Of a DNA stretch of 64,000 nt, positions 59,895-64,000 are shown piece after piece. Made by a program: the position numbers and the translations under genes. Source of the DNA: an uncultured Gemmatimonadaceae bacterium. Lineage in GTDB: Bacteria > Gemmatimonadota > Gemmatimonadetes > Gemmatimonadales > Gemmatimonadaceae. Position 1 is the first letter of the stretch. Each line of letters starts with the position of its first letter. Below the pieces are notes generated by a model that was not told the DNA's origin, did not search any database, and worked only from the letters and a program-made list of their open reading frames with translations. Location: contig CAWGJO010000020.1 in assembly GCA_963822945.1 (NCBI GenBank), positions 576,001 through 640,000 of the forward strand, in the 5' to 3' direction.

Positions 59895-60934
59895 TGGACG
59901 GACTGCGGGCGCACCTGCGAGACGGGGTGGTGATCCCGGCGCACCCGCTGGCCCTCACGCCACGCCGGACGCTCGACGAGCGCCACCAGCGCGCGCTGAC
60001 GCGGTACTACGTGGACGCCGGGGCCGGCGGTATCGCCGTCGGCGTGCACACCACGCAGTTCGCCATTCGTGAGCACGGCCTGTACCGGCCCGTGCTCGAA
60101 CTCGCCGCCACCACGGCCCGCGCCGCGCTTGCCGCGGGACGCGAGTTCGCGCTCGTTGCCGGCGTGTGCGGGTCCACCAAACGAGCCTGCGGGGAAGCAG
60201 CCGTGGCCGGCGCGCTGGGCTACCGGCTGGCGCTGCTCAGCCTCGGCGGCCTCGACCAACTGGACGACCGTGCACTCGTGCGGCACTGCCGCGCGGTGGC
60301 CGACGTGCTGCCGCTGTTCGGATTCTATCTGCAGCCGGCGGTCGGCGGCCGCGTGCTGTCGCACGCGTTCTGGCGCGAATTGTGTGAGCTGCCCGGCCTG
60401 TGGGCCATCAAGATCGCCCCGTTCAATCGCTACGCCACCACCGACGTGATGCGGGCGGTCATGGAGTCCGGGCGGGACGACGTGGCCCTATACACCGGCA
60501 ACGACGACAACATCGTCGCCGATCTCGTGACCCCGGTGCGCGCCCGCGTCGGCGGCGCCGTGCGCGAGCGGGGCATGAACGGCGGACTGCTCGGCCAGTG
60601 GGCGGTCTGGACGCGGCGCGCCGTGGAATTGCTCGCGGCGGCCAAGGCCGCCCGCGATGCCGGCACGGTCCCCACCTCGTTGCTCAGCGCGGGCGCCGCG
60701 CTCACCGCCGCCAACGGGGTGGTGTTCGACGCCGCCAACGGATTTGCCGGCTGCATTCCCGGCATTCACGAGGTGCTCCGCACCCAGGGATTGATGCGGG
60801 GCGTCTGGTGCCTGAACCCGCGGGAGGTGCTCTCCCCCGGCCAGCGACAGGCCATCGCCCGCCTGCGGGGGGCCCATCCCGAGTTGACCGACGACGACTA
60901 CGTGCGTGAGCACCTCGACCGGTGGCTCAGCTAG
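59894..60934 (+). CDS. DHDPS/class I aldolase family protein
   Basis: VIPAHPLAL, GVHTTQF, FYLQPAVGG, Schiff-base Lys in AIKIAPFNRY, LYTGNDD. TGATG coupling to the epimerase. Confidence 0.88.
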   Translation: MDGLRAHLRDGVVIPAHPLALTPRRTLDERHQRALTRYYVDAGAGGIAVGVHTTQFAIREHGLYRPVLELAATTARAALAAGREFALVAGVCGSTKRACGEAAVAGALGYRLALLSLGGLDQLDDRALVRHCRAVADVLPLFGFYLQPAVGGRVLSHAFWRELCELPGLWAIKIAPFNRYATTDVMRAVMESGRDDVALYTGNDDNIVADLVTPVRARVGGAVRERGMNGGLLGQWAVWTRRAVELLAAAKAARDAGTVPTSLLSAGAALTAANGVVFDAANGFAGCIPGIHEVLRTQGLMRGVWCLNPREVLSPGQRQAIARLRGAHPELTDDDYVREHLDRWLS

Positions 60935-61424
60935 CGGCGATCAACGCTCCGGTCCAGGCCTCGCCCGCCCGCCGCTCGAACCCGTCTCGCCAATCACCGG
61001 CCAAAATGACGCTGGTGTCAAAGATCATCGTGTCGCCCGTCACATCCCCCCTCCCCGCAAGCGCCGAGAATTCGGCCCGACTGACCGACTGCGTGCGCCC
61101 ATCGGCGTCGCGGTAGAACACACGGCCGCCCCCCATCATCTGGGCCCCGACGGAACTGCCGATTTCGCGCAGGCGGCGGAATAGGTCATCAATCGAACAG
61201 CCGGATGCCTGCTCGGCGGTCGGATCGATGCCGACGGCCAGGAACCGGCCGTAGCGCCACTCGCGGGCGCATCGGAGTGGCATGCCGTGTGCTTTCCATT
61301 GGGCGAGATAGCCGTCCACCTGGGCAAGGAGCATCTGCGCCTGATCGGCGGCCAGCTCGCGGTCGGCCGCGAATACCCAGACACGGGCATCGGCGGGAAG
61401 TGACGAGAAGTTGACCTGAGGCAT
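60927..61424 (-). CDS. Conserved hypothetical protein (165 aa)
   Basis: LPADARVWVF, WKAHG, ASGCSID and FERRAGEAW motifs are typical of a widespread uncharacterised family. Confidence 0.8.
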   Translation of the reverse strand: MPQVNFSSLPADARVWVFAADRELAADQAQMLLAQVDGYLAQWKAHGMPLRCAREWRYGRFLAVGIDPTAEQASGCSIDDLFRRLREIGSSVGAQMMGGGRVFYRDADGRTQSVSRAEFSALAGRGDVTGDTMIFDTSVILAGDWRDGFERRAGEAWTGALIAAS

Positions 61425-61672
61425 CGTGACGGAGTGAGAATGAGTGGAACGGATTCTCCGGGAAATGTAATGCGGCCTGGCCGTCGACTCGTGCAGGGCG
61501 CATCGGGGCCGGAGATCTGCCGGCGGATCGTCGGAGGCAGACATGCTGCGGCATATGATGGAATCCAACCGTATCTTGCCGGGGATGCGCCCGGTCGGGA
61601 CTGCTCGATCGTCCATGATCTGGGTGGCTCGACAGCTATTCTCTCCTGCGACTTCCCGGAATACATGCCTTC

Positions 61673-62260
61673 ATGAGCGCAGCGACCGGCCTTCGGCTTC
61701 AACGGACTGCGGGGTACACTCTGCTCGAGGTCCTGATCGTCATGGTCATGATCGCGACGCTGGTGGTCATCGCGCGCACCAGGCTCAACGCGCCCCGCTA
61801 CCGCGCCGACGCCGCGATTCAAATGTTTCGGAACGCCCTTACGCAGGCGCAGCGCACCGCCCTGCTCAACCAGTACGACGTCCTCGTGGTCATCGATACG
61901 GTCCACCAGACGATGAAGGTCTCGGAAGACGCCAACAACGACGGTGTCATCGAGTCGGACGAGCATTCGCTGAGCTACCCCCTCACCGATGGCGTCACGT
62001 TCGTCGTCCCGCCCACGGGCCTGGACAGCGCCGTCTCCACTCCGGTGGTGGGGTCGCAGCTCGGAAGCCTCGGTGCCCTCCCCACGATCACCTTCGGGCG
62101 GGACGGCGCGGCGTCCAGCGATCTGCAGCTCTACATCGCGACGCCCCCGAATCCCGGCCGGGTCTATCGCGCGCTCGAGCTCGTCCAGAGCACGGGACGG
62201 AGCGACTGGTACCTGTACAACGCCACCGCCAATATCTGGGTCGAGGGAGGGCTGCGGTGA
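61673..62260 (+). CDS. Type IV minor pilin / pseudopilin, FimT/GspH-like
   Basis: Prepilin motif RTAG|YTLLEVLIVMVMI. Confidence 0.88.
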   Translation: MSAATGLRLQRTAGYTLLEVLIVMVMIATLVVIARTRLNAPRYRADAAIQMFRNALTQAQRTALLNQYDVLVVIDTVHQTMKVSEDANNDGVIESDEHSLSYPLTDGVTFVVPPTGLDSAVSTPVVGSQLGSLGALPTITFGRDGAASSDLQLYIATPPNPGRVYRALELVQSTGRSDWYLYNATANIWVEGGLR

Positions 62261-62667
62261 AGCCACGTCACCGGCGCCGGTGCCGGCGCGGGGGATTCAC
62301 GCTGGTGGAAGTCGTCATCGCCATGCTCATTCTCGGAAGCGCCCTCCTGGGCATGGCGCTGTTCGTGTCGAGCATGGCGCATTCGGCCAGCAAGTCGCGT
62401 CTGCTCGGGATCGCCAACGAGTTGGCCGCCGATCGCATCGAGACCATCAAGACATCCACCAGCTACGCCACCCTGCCCGCCGACTTCCAGGGCACGGAAA
62501 CCTCCATTCCCGGCAGCGACTTCGCCGGGTTCACGCGCCGGACGATCATCAAGCACGTGGGGGGCAGCCCGTCGGACTCCGTGGACTACATGGTGGTGAC
62601 GGTCCTCGTCTCCGATCCGACGATCAGCGACACCGTTCGCAAGACCACCGTGATCGCATCCTTCTGA
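62257..62667 (+). CDS. Type IV minor pilin, PilV/GspI-like
   Basis: RRGG|FTLVEVVIAMLIL, LAADRIETIK. GTGA overlap. Confidence 0.88.
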   Translation: MKPRHRRRCRRGGFTLVEVVIAMLILGSALLGMALFVSSMAHSASKSRLLGIANELAADRIETIKTSTSYATLPADFQGTETSIPGSDFAGFTRRTIIKHVGGSPSDSVDYMVVTVLVSDPTISDTVRKTTVIASF

Positions 62668-62673
62668 CGCCGC

Positions 62674-63825
62674 ATGACCATCGACGCCACTCGCCGCGGA
62701 TTCACGCTCATGGAACTGCTCGTCGCGATGATCCTGATGATGGTCATCATGACCGTCGCCGTGCAGACCTTCCGGCGCAGCTCCATTCTGCTCGCCTCGC
62801 AGGCCGGGATGCTCGAGGCGCAGCAGAATGGGCGGTTCGCCGTCATGAACATCGACCGCGACCTCCGGGTGGCCGGCGCGGGTCTGGCGGCCACGCAGCC
62901 GATGATCGTTCAGGCTTCCAACACGGCGATCACCTTCAACGTCGATCTCGTGTCGCGCGATTCCACCGACCCGTCGGCGGTGTACGTCGACCCCAAAGCC
63001 GACAGCAATACGACCTCGGCCATGCGCACCAGCCGCCAGATCACGCTCCCCGGCTCCAGCAGGACCTACCCCGACAGCACCTACTACACGGCGGCCGGTC
63101 TGCTCAGCCCCGCCGAGACGATCTCGTACTACCTCGCCAAGGACTCGACGACGTCGCTGAGCAACGAGTACATCCTCTGGCGCCGGGTGAACGCGGCGAC
63201 TCCGCGCGTCATCGCCCGGGGCATCCGCTTCGATCCCACCGACACGGTCTTCCAGTACTACCGGGCAAACGACACTGGTGCGGTCTCGCTCATTCCGCAG
63301 TCGAGTCTCCCGCTCTACCACTCGGTGCCGGTACACGGGTCGCCGGCCGACACGGGACGCTTTGCGCTCATCGACAGTATCCGTAGCGTGCGGGTGCGGC
63401 TGACCGCCATCTACCACGATCCCCGGCGGGGTGATGTGCTCCGGCCCATCGAGGCCACCATCCGGCTGCTCAACGCGGGGCTCGTCAACCGCACCACGTG
63501 CGGGCAGCCGCCGCTCGGAGTCACCGTCACGACCGCCACGTCCGTGGCCGGCGCCGCGTCACCGTTCGTGAAGCTCATGTGGGGCCCCTCGCTCGATGAC
63601 GGCGGTGGTGAGAACGATGTGGACCGGTACGCCATCTTCCGGCGGCCCGATACGGCCGCAACCTTCATCCAGCCGTTCGCCAGCGTGCCCGCCGGTGCCG
63701 CGAGCTACACGTACATCGACAGCGATGTGAAATCGGGGGACCGCTGGATCTACGGCGTGGCCGCGACGGACTGCACACCCAGCAGTTCGCCCGTCGCCAC
63801 CACGGGCGTCATCGTCGTTCCATGA
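62674..63825 (+). CDS. Type IV minor pilin, PilW/GspJ-like, with C-terminal FN3-like domain
   Basis: RRG|FTLMELLVAM, AQQNGRFA..IDRDLRVAG. Confidence 0.88.
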   Translation: MTIDATRRGFTLMELLVAMILMMVIMTVAVQTFRRSSILLASQAGMLEAQQNGRFAVMNIDRDLRVAGAGLAATQPMIVQASNTAITFNVDLVSRDSTDPSAVYVDPKADSNTTSAMRTSRQITLPGSSRTYPDSTYYTAAGLLSPAETISYYLAKDSTTSLSNEYILWRRVNAATPRVIARGIRFDPTDTVFQYYRANDTGAVSLIPQSSLPLYHSVPVHGSPADTGRFALIDSIRSVRVRLTAIYHDPRRGDVLRPIEATIRLLNAGLVNRTTCGQPPLGVTVTTATSVAGAASPFVKLMWGPSLDDGGGENDVDRYAIFRRPDTAATFIQPFASVPAGAASYTYIDSDVKSGDRWIYGVAATDCTPSSSPVATTGVIVVP

Positions 63826-64000
63826 CCGGCATCGACACCATGAGCCGCCGTTCTTCGACCTGCCGCATCCGCCTGCGCGGCCCGCGCCCCCACGGTGCCG
63901 GACTCACGAGCCGAACGGGGTTCGCGCTGGGTCTGGCGCTGGTGTTCACCATCGCCATCGGCGCGCTGGCCACCACGGCGATCATTCTCTCGTCCAATGC
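63822..64000 (+). CDS. PilX/GspK-like minor pilin, truncated at the window end
   Basis: ATGA overlap. RTG|FALGLALVFTIAIGALATTA lacks Glu5, as PilX/GspK do, and it is fourth in the H-V-W-X order. Confidence 0.75.
   Translation, partial: MTGIDTMSRRSSTCRIRLRGPRPHGAGLTSRTGFALGLALVFTIAIGALATTAIILSSN

Noticed and set aside
61425..61672. Possible c-di-GMP riboswitch or sigma54 promoter upstream of the pilin cluster
   Set aside because: I could not find a GEMM-like consensus or a correctly spaced GG-N10-GC with TGGCA/TTGC context.

Overview
A very GC-rich, gene-dense bacterial chromosome segment. Gene content (ADOP/MacB-type orphan permease, DUF6526-like protein, BMP ABC system, many signal-transduction genes) suggests Gemmatimonadota, which is an inference and was not tested. 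About 55 CDS can be supported. They include a PHP-domain protein, YyaL, an OmpR-type two-component pair, acyl-CoA dehydrogenase-cyclase-gnd-zwf, a cyclophilin, an RNB ribonuclease, a micro zinc-finger protein, nadB-nadA-nadC divergent from a nucleoside-type ABC importer, two MFS pumps, a hybrid kinase with an ANTAR regulator, a PIG-L deacetylase/Fe3+-class ABC importer/NDH-2 operon, a lone sucA, MsrPQ-RlmL-MOSC, Hsp20, a TetR-TolC-YbhGFSR-type efflux operon, a cupin/SDR versus SufE/DUF6526/epimerase/DHDPS-family divergent cluster, and the start of a type IV minor pilin cluster. I saw no rRNA, tRNA, CRISPR array, IS element or prophage. About eleven single-base frameshifts in otherwise intact genes are most simply explained as long-read assembly errors. 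No system here is demonstrably new. The best leads are the secreted PIG-L deacetylase coupled to an ABC importer, the putative sugar-acid cluster, the FN3-bearing minor pilin, a stand-alone protease-prodomain-like protein, and a recurring leaderless-promoter architecture.
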